A stretch of 64,000 nucleotides of DNA from Myxococcota bacterium (GCA_963674735.2 CAXXQS010000002.1:416001-480000), one strand, 5' to 3'. Shown: positions 29,100 to 40,512, numbered from the stretch's first letter. Made by a program: numbers and translations. The notes: generated from the sequence alone by a model not told the origin.

Positions 29100-29900
29100 A
29101 TGATCGACGTTCAACGCCTACCGGACAACCGTGAAATGCCCATCGACAAAGTCGGAGTCAAGGGCGTACGCTATCCCATCACCGTGCGTGACCGCAAACG
29201 TGGCAGCCAGAACACGGTGGCCACCATTAATATGTATGTCAACTTGCCCCACCATTTCAAGGGCACCCATATGAGCCGCTTCATCGAAATCCTGAATGCG
29301 CATCGCGGGGCGATCGATATTCGGGAATTCGACGGGCTGCTAACCGAGATCAAATCGCGGCTCGAAGCCCAAAGCGTCCACGTGGAGCTTTCCTTTACCT
29401 ATTTCGTCACTAAAAAGGCGCCGGTTTCGGGGGCGGAATCGCTGGTGGATTACGATATCACCTACATCGCCTCGCTGGACGAGCACAATCAGCCGAGCAT
29501 GACCCTATCGATGCAGGTTCCCATCACCACCGTTTGTCCCTGTTCCAAAGAAATCTCCGAACGCGGCGCTCACAATCAACGCGGCACGGTCACCTTGTCG
29601 CTGCGCATGACACGCTTCGTCTGGCTGGAGGAGTTCATTAATCGCGTGGAGGCTGCCGGATCGGGTCAGCTCTATGCGCTTTTAAAACGCGAAGATGAAA
29701 AGTTCTGCACCGAAACCGCCTACGACAACCCGCGCTTCGTAGAAGACGTGGTACGCGAAGTCGGTCAGGTGATGCGCGACGATCCCAATATTCTGTGGTT
29801 CAAAGTCGAAAGCGAAACCCTGGAATCGATCCACAACCACAATGCCTATGCCTGTATTGAAATCGACAAGACGGCCCAAACGTCCGTTGCCAATGATTGA
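29100..29900 (+). CDS. folE2: GTP cyclohydrolase FolE2
   Basis: IDKVGV, KGTHMSRF, CPCSKEIS, GAHNQR, LLKREDEK, NPRFVED and ESIHNH motifs. Confidence 0.96.
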   Translation: MIDVQRLPDNREMPIDKVGVKGVRYPITVRDRKRGSQNTVATINMYVNLPHHFKGTHMSRFIEILNAHRGAIDIREFDGLLTEIKSRLEAQSVHVELSFTYFVTKKAPVSGAESLVDYDITYIASLDEHNQPSMTLSMQVPITTVCPCSKEISERGAHNQRGTVTLSLRMTRFVWLEEFINRVEAAGSGQLYALLKREDEKFCTETAYDNPRFVEDVVREVGQVMRDDPNILWFKVESETLESIHNHNAYACIEIDKTAQTSVAND

Positions 29901-29912
29901 CGGAAATCCGAT

Positions 29913-30728
29913 ATGAATGCGAGGAAACAAATGCTTAGAGGGGGCTGCAAAGGAGTTTGGATCGGGATCGCGCTGCTCTTGGTCTTGCTGTTGGCGGTGG
30001 CCTGCACCGGGCGCAATCAGATTACGCCTAAAGATCGGACGGCCGCACAAAACTACTTCCGGCTGGCCATCAGCAATTACGAAGCGGGACAAGTGATCGA
30101 AGCACTGCGCAATCTGCAGGAAGCCGAGAAATTCAATCCGGAAGACAAACACGTCAAACACCTGTTCGGCATCATCTATCTTGGAAAAAATAAGTTCCCC
30201 GAAGCCGAAGCCAACCTGAAAGAGGCCGTACGTCTCGACCCTGAATTTTCCGATGCCTACAACACTCTGGCGGCCGTTTACATGGCACAAGAAAAATGGC
30301 CCCAGGCCGTGGAAGCGTTGGATTTTCCCGCTAACGATCTGATGTATCCGCAAAAGGCAGCGGCTTTCAACAACCTGGGTTGGTGCCACTACAAATTGGG
30401 AAATCCGCAAAAAGCGCTCGAGTACTTCCGCTCGGCCACCGTCGAAAACCCGAAATTTTGCCTGGCCTTCTACAACACCGGTATTATTTACAAATCTCTG
30501 GCAAAATACACGGAAGCCATTCGTTTTTTCGATCAGGCAATCAACGCCACCGAAGAGTGCAACAACTACTTTCAGGCCATTTTCGAGCTGGCTCAAGTGG
30601 CCATCAAAGCGCGCGATTTCGAAAAAGCCCGCCCGGCATTGGAAAAATGTGTTAGGTTAGGGGGATCGAGCAACGAAGCCCGTATTTGTCGGGACAACTT
30701 GCGCATGATCGTGAAACCGGCGAACTGA
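29913..30728 (+). CDS. TPR lipoprotein, PilF/PilW/Tgl pilotin-like
   Basis: Lipobox AVAC followed by TPRs (AYNTLA, AFNNLG, AFYNTG). Confidence 0.7.
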   Translation: MNARKQMLRGGCKGVWIGIALLLVLLLAVACTGRNQITPKDRTAAQNYFRLAISNYEAGQVIEALRNLQEAEKFNPEDKHVKHLFGIIYLGKNKFPEAEANLKEAVRLDPEFSDAYNTLAAVYMAQEKWPQAVEALDFPANDLMYPQKAAAFNNLGWCHYKLGNPQKALEYFRSATVENPKFCLAFYNTGIIYKSLAKYTEAIRFFDQAINATEECNNYFQAIFELAQVAIKARDFEKARPALEKCVRLGGSSNEARICRDNLRMIVKPAN

Positions 30729-30833
30729 CACCGCTTGGATGAAACACGGAATGATGGACAGGAACGACAACATGGCGGATGATCCGTACCCATCGTGTTG
30801 CTTAAACGCCCAACGGGAGTGGCAAGGTGAGCT

Positions 30834-32189
30834 GTGCTCAGCCGTAAGCTACAAGTCCTACTCAACACCCTCCAGAAACTGTTGCGCAAAAACGCGCATC
30901 AGCGGGTGCGCTATATCATCCACAAGGTGCACGAAGAAGATCTAGCCGTTGTCTACCATTTTCTGAACGAATATCAACAAGATACCATATTCAGCCTGAT
31001 CGACGACCCCGAGCGCAAGGCCGAACTGCTGCAAAAGCTCGACCCGCCGGTGTCCCAACGCCTGATCGAAGATCTTTCGGTGCCCACCATCGTGGACATC
31101 ATCGATCAGATGTACGACGATGACGCTGCCGACCTTATCCAGGATCTGCCGGAAGAAAAGAAACAAGCCATCCTGGGTCGTTTGAAAAAGGACGATCGCG
31201 AGGATATCCGCGACCTGATGCAGTATGACGACGACACCGCCGGTGGTCTGATGACCACCGATTTCGTGGCGGTCCCGTCCAGCTACACCGCCCACCAGGT
31301 GATGGGGGTCGTACAAGACGCCGGTGAAGAGGCGGAGATGGTGTTTTACATCTACGCCTACGATGAAAACGAGCGCCTGGAAGGCGTCGTCTCACTGCGT
31401 GAAGTCGTGCAGGCCGATGAAAACGCCGTCCTCGCCGATTTCATGGAAACCGACATTCACAAAGTGCGCGCCAACATCGATCAGGAGGACGTGGCCAAGG
31501 TCATTTCCCGTTACGATATTCTGGCCGTGCCGGTGGTGGATGAAGAAAATCGCATGCTCGGCATCGTCACCGTGGATGATATCATCGACGTCATCCGCGA
31601 AGAGGCCACCGAGGATATCCTGAAACTGGTGGGTACCGGCGAAGAACTGCTCGAAGATTACTCGGTCAAAAAGAGTATCGTCAGTCGCCTGCCCTGGCTT
31701 TTAGCCACCTGGATGGGCGGCATCCTGGTGATGCAACTGGTGAATCATTACGAGAGCCAGCTTTCGCAAGTGGTGGCGCTGACCGCCTTTTTCCCAATCA
31801 TTCTGGGAATGTCGGGTAATCTGGGACAGCAGTCCGCCACCATCATCGTGCGTGGTCTGGCCATCGGACGCGTGGATATTTCCCAGTTGGCCAGCACCAT
31901 CGGCAAAGAAGCCATGACCGGGCTGATCATCGGGTTGGTTTACGGCTCGGCGCTGGCCATGCTGGCCTGGGTGCAATACGGGGCCGAGGTGGCCATGATC
32001 CCCCTGGTGGTGGGTTTATCCCAGTGGATCGGCATGACGATGGCCTCCATTTTCGGGGCGGCCGTCCCGATGTTGCTGACCCGCTTCAACATCGACCCCG
32101 CCGTGGCCACCGGTCCGATCGTCACCACCACTCTCGATATGCTGGCGATGTGGGTTTTCATGGCTATTGCCTCCATCCTCATTTTCTGA
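30834..32189 (+). CDS. mgtE: Magnesium transporter MgtE
   Basis: DDAADL, TAGGLMT, two CBS domains, RLPWL, SGNLGQQS and DPAVATGPIVTT motifs. Confidence 0.95.
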   Translation: MLSRKLQVLLNTLQKLLRKNAHQRVRYIIHKVHEEDLAVVYHFLNEYQQDTIFSLIDDPERKAELLQKLDPPVSQRLIEDLSVPTIVDIIDQMYDDDAADLIQDLPEEKKQAILGRLKKDDREDIRDLMQYDDDTAGGLMTTDFVAVPSSYTAHQVMGVVQDAGEEAEMVFYIYAYDENERLEGVVSLREVVQADENAVLADFMETDIHKVRANIDQEDVAKVISRYDILAVPVVDEENRMLGIVTVDDIIDVIREEATEDILKLVGTGEELLEDYSVKKSIVSRLPWLLATWMGGILVMQLVNHYESQLSQVVALTAFFPIILGMSGNLGQQSATIIVRGLAIGRVDISQLASTIGKEAMTGLIIGLVYGSALAMLAWVQYGAEVAMIPLVVGLSQWIGMTMASIFGAAVPMLLTRFNIDPAVATGPIVTTTLDMLAMWVFMAIASILIF

Positions 32190-32198
32190 GGAGCGACC

Positions 32199-32951
32199 GT
32201 GCCGAAAGTCGACGATGAAGCGATCGTGCTCAAGCTCACCCCGACCGGCGAAGCCGACTGTGTCGTGCATCTTTTGTGCAAAACTCGCGGTCGGCGCAGC
32301 GCTTTTGCCCGCGGCGCACGCAAAAGCCGCAAACGTTTCGTCGGCGCGTTGCAACCCTTCAGTCACATCCGTGCCGGTTTCACCATCCAACGCACCCAGC
32401 GCCTCGACCGCCTCGACTACGCCGAAGTGGCGACGCCTTATCTCGAATTACGCGAGGATCTGAGCCGCATCGCCCTGGCTTCGTACTATTGCGAATTGCT
32501 GAACGTTTTCCTGGCCGAAGGCGAGCTTTACCCCACCGAATACGCCCTGATGCGCTTTTTCCTCAACCGGTTGCGCCAACATCCGGCTACACTGAAACAC
32601 CGCCTCTTTTTTGAATTGCGCCTGCTCGACGCCCTGGGCTTTCTACCCGATGTGCAAAGCTGCGCCGAAGATGGTAGCGCGCTTAGCGGCGCAGCCTGGT
32701 TCGATCCGCAGCGGCAGGTGTTTCTCGGCCGCCTAGCCGCCGCCCGACTGGAGCGAGCCGTTCCCGTTTGCCGCCATAGCCGTGAAGCCTTGGCCATGAT
32801 CCCCACCATCCCCCTCGACGGCTTGGCTCATCTGCGCGTTACACCCGTTATGGCACACGAGATGCTGACCGTCACCGCGGCGGTCATCCGCGCCCTGTCG
32901 CCCCGACCGTTGAAAAGCCTGGCGCTTCTGGATGCGGAGTTGAGAGCATGA
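32199..32951 (+). CDS. recO: DNA repair protein RecO
   Basis: AIVLK...[15 protein letters not shown]...LQPF and FELRLL...LGF motifs. Confidence 0.88.
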   Translation: MPKVDDEAIVLKLTPTGEADCVVHLLCKTRGRRSAFARGARKSRKRFVGALQPFSHIRAGFTIQRTQRLDRLDYAEVATPYLELREDLSRIALASYYCELLNVFLAEGELYPTEYALMRFFLNRLRQHPATLKHRLFFELRLLDALGFLPDVQSCAEDGSALSGAAWFDPQRQVFLGRLAAARLERAVPVCRHSREALAMIPTIPLDGLAHLRVTPVMAHEMLTVTAAVIRALSPRPLKSLALLDAELRA

Positions 32952-34750
32952 GCCTTACCCGTCGCGTCCTGAGTCTGATCGCACCGCAAAGCGGAATCCT
33001 AGCCGCCGCGCTCGGCTGCATGCTGGTCAACGCGGCCGCCACGGGAGCCTATGCCTACCTGATCGGACCGGTGGTCAAGTTTCTTTTTGCGGGGGGGCTG
33101 AGCTCCGGCGACAGCCTGACACGCGCTTTGCAAGCCTTCGGCGCTCAACCGGTTCTGGACGATCGCGGCTACCTGATGGCGCTGTTGCCGCTCCTGGTTC
33201 TGGCGGCGGGAATGGCCAAGGGTCTCTCTCAGTTCGGACAGTTCTTTCTGATGGGGTTGATCGGCGAACGCGCGGCACTGGTTTTACGCATGCGCCTGCT
33301 CGACAAACTGCACCGCCTGCCGGATGATCGTCTCGAACGCCAGGGCCCCAGCGACTTGCTCACGCGTCTGACCGCCGATATGACTTTGTTGCAGGAGTCG
33401 CTCACCCACGCCCTCGGTTCGTTGATCGCCGATTCCTTGAAAGTGCTGGTGCTCTTGTCGGTCGCGGTGACTCTCGATTGGCGGCTGGCGCTTTTGACCG
33501 CGCTGCTGGTGCCGGTGATGTCCTGGCCGATCGTGACCTTGGGTCGTTGGCTCAAACGCACGGCGCTGGGCCGACAGGAGGCGCTGGCCGATCTGACCGC
33601 CCACATTCAAGAAGACTGCGCCAGTTCGCGCCTGATCCGCGACTACCAGGCCGCCGCCCCGCGCCGCCGCCGGTTCGAACGCAACAGCGGACGCTACTTC
33701 ACCGCCAGCCTGCAATTTTTCCGCGCCCGTGGCTGGTCGTCGCCCATCATGGAAGTCTTGGGAGCCGTGGGTGTGGCCGGAACTTTATGGCTGGCCGGAT
33801 CGCGTATGGCGGCGGGAGATTTGGTGCCCGAGCACTTCATCAGCTTCTTCGCCGCCGTCATGCTGCTTTACGAACCGCTTAAAAATCTCGGCCGCTTGAA
33901 CGGCGTAATTCAGTCTGGACGCGCCGGAGGCGAACGCGTCTTCGCCATGCTCGACTGGGAAGACGAACGCGACCGCGACCGCGGCACCGCAACCCCGACC
34001 GCCCCGCAGATCGCCATTCGTTTCGAAAACGTGGTTTTCGGTTACGGCGAAAAACGTGTCCTCGACGGACTATCGCTCACCTTAACCGCCGGGTCGGTCA
34101 TGGCGCTGGTGGGACCGTCCGGTACGGGAAAAACAACCCTCACCCGGCTTTTACTGCGCCACTACACGCCATCCAAAGGTCGTATCCGGATCGACGATCT
34201 TCCCCTGGAAGCCTGCCGCCTCGATGCCTTGCGCTCCTTGATCGCGGTGGTGGAGCAGCGGCCGCTGTTGTTCGACGACACGCTCGACGCCAACCTGCGC
34301 ATCGCTTGTCCCGAGGCCACCCAGAAAGCCGTCGGCGAAGCCATTCACCGCGCCCGGCTCGACAACGTGGTGGCGCGCCTGCCCAAAGGTCGTGCAACGC
34401 GGCTGGGCATAAACGGCGAGCGCTTGTCCGAAGGCGAACGCCAGCGCGTGGCGATTGCACGCGCCTTTCTCAAAGCGGCCCCCATCGTGGTGCTCGACGA
34501 AATCACCGCCGCGCTCGACGCTGCCAATGAGGCCGCCATCCGCGAGGCCCTGCGGGAATTGTCGGTGGGACGCACGGTGCTGATCATCGCCCATCGGCTG
34601 ACCACCATCCGCCACGCCGACCGCATTGCGGTGATGCAATCCGGGCGCATCAGCGAAACGGGGACACACGACGAACTGATGGCGCAGGATGGCCTCTACC
34701 GTCGTTTCGTGGAATTGCAGAACCCGACGACCAGCGACGAAACCGATTAG
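32948..34750 (+). CDS. MsbA-like ABC exporter (fused TMD and NBD)
   Basis: Six-TM N-terminal half, Walker [10 protein letters not shown], signature LSEGERQR, Walker B VVLDE, IAHRL. Confidence 0.9.
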   Translation: MSLTRRVLSLIAPQSGILAAALGCMLVNAAATGAYAYLIGPVVKFLFAGGLSSGDSLTRALQAFGAQPVLDDRGYLMALLPLLVLAAGMAKGLSQFGQFFLMGLIGERAALVLRMRLLDKLHRLPDDRLERQGPSDLLTRLTADMTLLQESLTHALGSLIADSLKVLVLLSVAVTLDWRLALLTALLVPVMSWPIVTLGRWLKRTALGRQEALADLTAHIQEDCASSRLIRDYQAAAPRRRRFERNSGRYFTASLQFFRARGWSSPIMEVLGAVGVAGTLWLAGSRMAAGDLVPEHFISFFAAVMLLYEPLKNLGRLNGVIQSGRAGGERVFAMLDWEDERDRDRGTATPTAPQIAIRFENVVFGYGEKRVLDGLSLTLTAGSVMALVGPSGTGKTTLTRLLLRHYTPSKGRIRIDDLPLEACRLDALRSLIAVVEQRPLLFDDTLDANLRIACPEATQKAVGEAIHRARLDNVVARLPKGRATRLGINGERLSEGERQRVAIARAFLKAAPIVVLDEITAALDAANEAAIREALRELSVGRTVLIIAHRLTTIRHADRIAVMQSGRISETGTHDELMAQDGLYRRFVELQNPTTSDETD

Positions 34751-34813
34751 CGCGGATTTCCCTGATAGAATCAAATCCGAAAACGGTGGGAAGGAAGAAA
34801 TTAAAAAAACATC

Positions 34814-35917
34814 TCATAGATTTTTCAGAAACGTAAACAACGTGCTTGGATCTTCGGTTAAAAATATACCTAATAAGGTAATAACAAACAATAAAGTTTT
34901 CCATCTTTCCGCTAGCCATCGTTCTTTTGAAAGGTTGTATAGAAAGGGTAGTATTGTAATTCTCAAAACCAATGCAGAGATTACAAAGACAATTACCAAA
35001 TAAAACGCCAATGAAATGAAAGCAGTTGAAAAACTCAATATTGCTGCCAAAGCAGAGTCAGAGTTTGCAAGCAAGCATGCTTGTGTTGGTTCTATTTTCA
35101 TGTTTATTGCGATAAACGGAGTATACACACAAATTGCAACTACTGTTGCATCTAAAGCTAGATAAAAAAGCATTCTGCTTAAACTTTTTTCTGATCTAAC
35201 TATTTTAGAAATCAATAATCTTGATGCTAGAACCGAAGCAAGATTGGTAAGAAAAACAATAACTATAACATTGTTTATTAGGTTAAATAATTCAACATCG
35301 CTAAGAACAAATCTCACAATCAATATAGGCAACCCAAAAAGTAAAACCGTAAGCTTTATCGCAATTTCTATAATTGGTGATTGACGAACAAAAATGATCT
35401 TTTTCACAGAAAAGAGCGTAAATAGCTTTGAGAATAGTAATAACAGCATAAACCCAAAACTCAAAACGCCAATAGATCTAATATTTTTTTCAGCCGAGTT
35501 TACCGCAGCATAAAGAATTATTGCGAAATAATTATTTGTTTTCTCAACATCAATGGGTGGTAATTGAAAGCTATATTTTCTTACCAATAATGCCGCTATA
35601 TAAATCAAACTCGATCCAATTAGGGCTATAAAAAAGGTGTTTAAAAAAAAATACCCATCAATGCGCTTTCCATAAAGCCTGCTAATCATATACTCAATTG
35701 ATAATGCAGCCTTAGATATTACCCTTTTTAATAATTCAGAAAATGTACTTGGCTTTATTACTATTGGTTTTAACCATAGTTCAAGTCGACGCGACAAATC
35801 ATCAATCCTGTTTGCTGTTATAAAAAAGGCAGACAAAAGACATACTGCTATTATCAGAGCTATATATCGAACTAACAAGTAAACGATCTGCCAAGGAAAT
35901 TCCATCAAACTATCCAA
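34814..35917 (-). CDS. AT-rich multi-pass membrane protein of unknown function
   Basis: 367-aa Ile/Leu/Phe-rich ORF with many hydrophobic stretches and an AAGGAGG RBS, in a sharply AT-rich segment. Confidence 0.7.
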   Translation of the reverse strand: MDSLMEFPWQIVYLLVRYIALIIAVCLLSAFFITANRIDDLSRRLELWLKPIVIKPSTFSELLKRVISKAALSIEYMISRLYGKRIDGYFFLNTFFIALIGSSLIYIAALLVRKYSFQLPPIDVEKTNNYFAIILYAAVNSAEKNIRSIGVLSFGFMLLLLFSKLFTLFSVKKIIFVRQSPIIEIAIKLTVLLFGLPILIVRFVLSDVELFNLINNVIVIVFLTNLASVLASRLLISKIVRSEKSLSRMLFYLALDATVVAICVYTPFIAINMKIEPTQACLLANSDSALAAILSFSTAFISLAFYLVIVFVISALVLRITILPFLYNLSKERWLAERWKTLLFVITLLGIFLTEDPSTLFTFLKNL

Positions 35918-36034
35918 ACCACCTCCTTATGAAACAAGGCTGGAAATGACTGTATTTAAACATGTTCCGGATATCCTTTTTCTGGCAAAGAATTATCCAT
36001 GTACAATTAAACTCCCATTCTTCCATCTGACAGT

Positions 36035-37033
36035 CTAACTTAACCGCTCCAGCGAGTTTTTCAACGCGGCGCGCGCCTCGGCAATCATGCGCGGGATGAG
36101 GTCGTTCACGCTGGGGATATCATCGATGCGCCCCACCGATTGCCCCACCGTCAGCATGGCGTTTTCGGCGTCGCCATTGGCCCACACCTGGCGCGCCCGT
36201 TCACCGGAAATGAGCGGGAACAACGCCGAGAAGTCGCCGCCTTCCTCTTCCACCTGGGCGATCTGGCGCATGATATCGTTTTTCAGGGCACGCACCTGCA
36301 GGCCGAAAGGCGCGAGCAGTTGCTTCAAGCCCAGGCCGGTATCGGCTTCGGAACGATCGAGCAGCATCTGGTAAATATTGGCATGCACGCCGGATTCTTT
36401 CGTGGCCAGAAAACGCGTCGCCATCATCACGCCGTCCGCACCCAGGGCCAAAGCCGCCGCCATGGACTTGCCGTCCACCATGCCGCCGGCGGCCAGAACG
36501 GGAATATCCACCGCCTCCACCACCTTGGGCAACAGTACCAGGGTCGAAACGTTGTCCTTATGTGGAAAACCACCCTCCTCGAAACCGGCGATGGTGACGG
36601 CATCGTAGCCCACCTTCTGGGCATGCGCCGCGTGCTTGACCGTCCCCACCTTGTGCAACACCTTCACACCCGCTTCCTTGGATTTGGGCAAAAGGTCGGG
36701 GCCCAGGAAGGTGTCTACCGGGGCTCCGGCGATCTCGATGGCGGCCACCCGCTTTTCGCAGCAGATCTCGAAGAACTCGCGTAAAAGCTCCACCGGCAGG
36801 CGAATGGACGGCATGGTGGTGATGTTGACGATGAAGGGTTTGGTCGTCAATTCGTAGGTGCGGTCGATGGCGGCGCGGAATTCATCGCCGCTGTTGTAAT
36901 TGCCGCTGGTCAGATTGCCCATGGCTCCGGCGTTGCTGATGGCCGCAGCCAATTCCGGCTTGGCCAACCACAACATGCCGCCGCACTGAATCGGATACTG
37001 AATGTTGAACAGCTCGGTGATGCGCGTTTTCAT
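36035..37033 (-). CDS. Nitronate monooxygenase / FabK-like flavin oxidoreductase
   Basis: MKTRITELF-x-I-x-YPI, LAAAISNAG, GFEEGG, IPVLAAGG, LGADGVMMATRF and GQSVG motifs. Confidence 0.88.
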   Translation of the reverse strand: MKTRITELFNIQYPIQCGGMLWLAKPELAAAISNAGAMGNLTSGNYNSGDEFRAAIDRTYELTTKPFIVNITTMPSIRLPVELLREFFEICCEKRVAAIEIAGAPVDTFLGPDLLPKSKEAGVKVLHKVGTVKHAAHAQKVGYDAVTIAGFEEGGFPHKDNVSTLVLLPKVVEAVDIPVLAAGGMVDGKSMAAALALGADGVMMATRFLATKESGVHANIYQMLLDRSEADTGLGLKQLLAPFGLQVRALKNDIMRQIAQVEEEGGDFSALFPLISGERARQVWANGDAENAMLTVGQSVGRIDDIPSVNDLIPRMIAEARAALKNSLERLS

Positions 37034-37315
37034 GGGATGTCCTTTTTGGGAAAGAGTAAAACGACCCAAAGCTTGCGCCACTGTTTTACGACGTGCCGAC
37101 AACGAGTCGATTTCGATTGTGTCACCCATCTTTTGTAGACCAAACAATCCCCCGTGGCAAGTGGATAAATGCCGCGAATCGAGCGGAAATCGGTTGTCTG
37201 TCGCCATCCTCTGAGGTATTCTCGGGCAACGTGAAAGCGTCAAGATCACAGATACAGGCTCCGTTCGAAAACAAGTGCGAAACCGGCGTTTCGCTGCAGA
37301 AAGCGTCCACGATCC

Positions 37316-39328
37316 ATGGTTAACCCGATTTCCATTCTCGCTCGTCCGACTGGTCTGGGGCTGTTGGTGCTTGGGTTTCTGGCAACCGCATTATTCGGCT
37401 GTCAAGACACCCCCACCGACAAACCCCACTACGTCCTGCACCACGAAGCGCGCGCGCCGCTGCTCAAAATCGCCAAAGCGGCCGCCACTTCCCGCTATGC
37501 GGATACCTATGCCATAACGGATATTCACTGGCGCGGAGCGAAAACGCACTTTGTGGTTGAGCGCGACCAACAGCCGATTTTCGAACTGGTCTTGAGTTAC
37601 CCCGAGGAAAGCTGTGCGGGCGAACGCACCGCCCAGTTCTGCCTGACGCTGGAACAAACCGGCACACAAGGCGCTATTCGCTCGGAAATGGACCAGCGCT
37701 ATTACCGCTATCTGATCAAGCAACTACGTCGATTGGATGAATCGGATTCCTTGTGGCGGCGGACGGATGCCGTTTCAGCTCCCGATGACAAGCTCAAGCC
37801 GATCGGTTACCGCGAAGTCCCCTGCCAAACGCTACGCGAGGAAGAAGATCCCGACCGCTACAATGTTTTGAACGTGGGCGTGCCACGCGCGCTCAACATC
37901 GGGTTGGTCGGAGCGATATTCACGCTCTTGCTGATTCTTTTTATTTTGAGTTGGCGACATGCCGAACCGAATAAACTACCCTCGCTGGATCTGATGCGCC
38001 AAGCTTGGGTGAAGGCTCTGTTCAGGCTCCGCATCCATCCTCAGGCGATCCGCTGGCTGATCACGCTCGCGTTGTTGGTGGTGATGCTGGACATGTTGCT
38101 CGGGTCGTTGAGCCACGTACGCAATCTCGGTCACCTGGCCTTCTGGCAGATCTGGTGGCCTTTGCTGCCTTTGCTGCCGCTGCTGCTTGGCCGGATATTC
38201 TGTGCCATCTGCCCGGTATCGGCGCTGGCCGGATTTTTACGACGACACGGGCTCAAACGAGCGGTTCCCCCATGGTTTGCAAAGCTCGGATTGCTTCCGG
38301 CAATGGTGACGCTGCTGATATTCGGCGTGCTTGATCAATTGATCCGAATCGAAGATCGTCCTTGGATATCGGGGCAATTTTTGTTGATCGTCACCTTGAG
38401 CGCCCTGGTGATGCACGCGCTTTATCGTGAACGGGTGTTCTGCCGCCAGATCTGCCCGGTGGGTGCCATTCAAGGCTTGCTCGGACGCCTTTCGGCGGTG
38501 GCCTTCCGCTGGCGAACCGATTACACGGCCACTCCCGCGTGCCGCTTCGGCCTCGTCAAAAAAACCGGGGCAGACGATCCGCATTGCGGATTATGCGGAG
38601 ATTGCTGGCGCGGGAATGAACAAGACGTAACGCTATCGTTGCGACCGCCCGTCGCAGCCGCGCGGCTCACGGGGACGATGGTCGGTGAAGCGGCGCTGAT
38701 GTTTCTGCTTTTAGCCCACGTGTTATTCGAACAGACCCTTGCCAACGATATCGGCGCTTTTTTATTGCTGCTGTACGAGCACGCCTTCATCGTTTTCCAA
38801 CCCAACCCGCCCTTGCCCGCGTGGCTGCCTTATCTGCCGATTCAAGTTTATCTGATGGGACTGCTGCTGAGTTACGTCCTGGTGGTATTCGGCGCACGCC
38901 TGCTGCTCCTGCGGCTGGCGCGCATTGCCGAAGCGCCGCTGTCGCCCGAAACCTCGCGGCGCATGGCGCTGGGACACCTGCCCCTGGTGGCCTTCAGTCT
39001 GCTGGCGCTCATGCTGCCTCAATGGGCCATGCTACCGGACCTGATGGCGCGTCTCGGTACCCTTATTGCCGGAGGCGCCTTCAGCGATATTCCGCTGGTA
39101 CAGGCCAGCGACTTTCCCGTCGCAACCCTGCGCGTCTTACGGGAAATGCTGATTTTGTTCGGGTTGCTGTTCAGCTGGCTGCTGCTCAAACGCAACGCTC
39201 GTTCGGAAAGCCCTTCGTCTCCGGCGCTTGAACGCCGCCTGCGGGCCGAAATCGTTTTCGCCGTTTTGATGACGACCTTGCTGTTGTTTTTATTCGCCCT
39301 TCCGACTACGACAGGGGATGCATGTTGA
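37316..39328 (+). CDS. Membrane 4Fe-4S-binding protein (NapH/MauN-like) with an N-terminal exported domain
   Basis: GRIFCAICP and RVFCRQICPVG (CxxxCP) motifs, CGLCGDC ferredoxin-like motif, many TMs, N-terminal LFGC lipobox-like signal. Confidence 0.7.
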   Translation: MVNPISILARPTGLGLLVLGFLATALFGCQDTPTDKPHYVLHHEARAPLLKIAKAAATSRYADTYAITDIHWRGAKTHFVVERDQQPIFELVLSYPEESCAGERTAQFCLTLEQTGTQGAIRSEMDQRYYRYLIKQLRRLDESDSLWRRTDAVSAPDDKLKPIGYREVPCQTLREEEDPDRYNVLNVGVPRALNIGLVGAIFTLLLILFILSWRHAEPNKLPSLDLMRQAWVKALFRLRIHPQAIRWLITLALLVVMLDMLLGSLSHVRNLGHLAFWQIWWPLLPLLPLLLGRIFCAICPVSALAGFLRRHGLKRAVPPWFAKLGLLPAMVTLLIFGVLDQLIRIEDRPWISGQFLLIVTLSALVMHALYRERVFCRQICPVGAIQGLLGRLSAVAFRWRTDYTATPACRFGLVKKTGADDPHCGLCGDCWRGNEQDVTLSLRPPVAAARLTGTMVGEAALMFLLLAHVLFEQTLANDIGAFLLLLYEHAFIVFQPNPPLPAWLPYLPIQVYLMGLLLSYVLVVFGARLLLLRLARIAEAPLSPETSRRMALGHLPLVAFSLLALMLPQWAMLPDLMARLGTLIAGGAFSDIPLVQASDFPVATLRVLREMLILFGLLFSWLLLKRNARSESPSSPALERRLRAEIVFAVLMTTLLLFLFALPTTTGDAC

Positions 39329-40512
39329 CACGGAATCGCTCGATCGGTCGCCTCCTTTTACTGCTGCTGTCGATCTGGCTGTGTGCCTGCCAACCGGGAC
39401 CGGAACGTCTGGCAGCCGATGCCGAACGCGCCGCCGAACTGGGCTGGGATCGTCTGGTGGAACGCTTTGCCATCCCAAGCCTCGAAGCTATCGAAAAAGG
39501 CGGCTGGGTCGCTTTGCGCGACAGTCAAAACGATGTCTGCCAGGTTTGCGGGCCAAACATGTATGTCGAAAGCCAGGCCTACGACCTCAACTGGTTTATG
39601 GACGGCCACCTGAATCACTTTCACCGTCCGCAAGACGAAGCGGTAGCGCGACGGATCGTCCAGGTATTGCTGAAAACCCAACATCCGCAAAGCGGAAACT
39701 GGCCATGGAGCGACGATGGCTGCCTGCATGAATACCTGGCGGTGGCACTGCATCGCATGGGGCAACCGGAAGCCGCGCTGAAAGCGGTTGATTGGGCGGC
39801 TGAATGGGGATTGAAAGAGCGTCTTACGCCCGAAGGTCATTTGATGGAAACCGAGGGCATCCACGTGGTCAAATCCTTTGGACTCAAGGATCATCCACCG
39901 CTGCCTTTCGACGGAGGCTATCCCCACGTAACCGGGTTCTTTCAGCACCTGACCGCCGTGGACGAATACCCCATGCTACTGGAAATGCTGGCCATTACCG
40001 GCACCCGCAACCGCCACCCCGAGTTCACCCGACGCCTCGAACTGGGCTGGAAGCACTACCTGGATCATCCGAAAATGGATCGGCGTAACAGCGTCGATTT
40101 CATCCAAAGCGTGGGAATCGCCATCTATCTGCTGGCCATCGCGGAAGGCCGCCTGGAAGCCGATCCGCAGATGACGCCTCAAGCGCAGAAACTGTTGCTG
40201 CATTTGGCGGAACACCAGGTTAGTAAGTTGATCCCCGAAACGCTGATCACCGCCACGTTGCTGGTCGGCGTAGCCGGAACCGAGCTGATCCGTCAACATC
40301 CCGATTTAGCTGACGAACTGGCGCTACACGTGCTCAATGCCCAGGATATCGGGGGCGAATGGCCCATGAACAAGTTTCTTTTCCTAACCCCCGCGACCGA
40401 CACTCTGATCCATGATTTCCGGGTCACCTACCCGGCCGGCGAGGTCGAATGCCTCTCGACCTACTATTCCGCTTTCGGATTACGCTTATATGCCGATAAC
40501 CGCTTGCGCTAA
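39322..40512 (+). CDS. Putative lipoprotein with QW-like (prenyltransferase/terpene cyclase toroid) motifs
   Basis: Lipobox LCAC; LLKTQHPQSGNW and VLNAQDIGGEW motifs; overlaps the upstream stop codon. Confidence 0.6.
   Translation: MLTRNRSIGRLLLLLLSIWLCACQPGPERLAADAERAAELGWDRLVERFAIPSLEAIEKGGWVALRDSQNDVCQVCGPNMYVESQAYDLNWFMDGHLNHFHRPQDEAVARRIVQVLLKTQHPQSGNWPWSDDGCLHEYLAVALHRMGQPEAALKAVDWAAEWGLKERLTPEGHLMETEGIHVVKSFGLKDHPPLPFDGGYPHVTGFFQHLTAVDEYPMLLEMLAITGTRNRHPEFTRRLELGWKHYLDHPKMDRRNSVDFIQSVGIAIYLLAIAEGRLEADPQMTPQAQKLLLHLAEHQVSKLIPETLITATLLVGVAGTELIRQHPDLADELALHVLNAQDIGGEWPMNKFLFLTPATDTLIHDFRVTYPAGEVECLSTYYSAFGLRLYADNRLR

Noticed and set aside
34420-34450. ABC signature LSEGE instead of LSGGQ as a sign of inactivation
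   Set aside because: Walker A/B and the H-loop are intact, and such signature variation is common.
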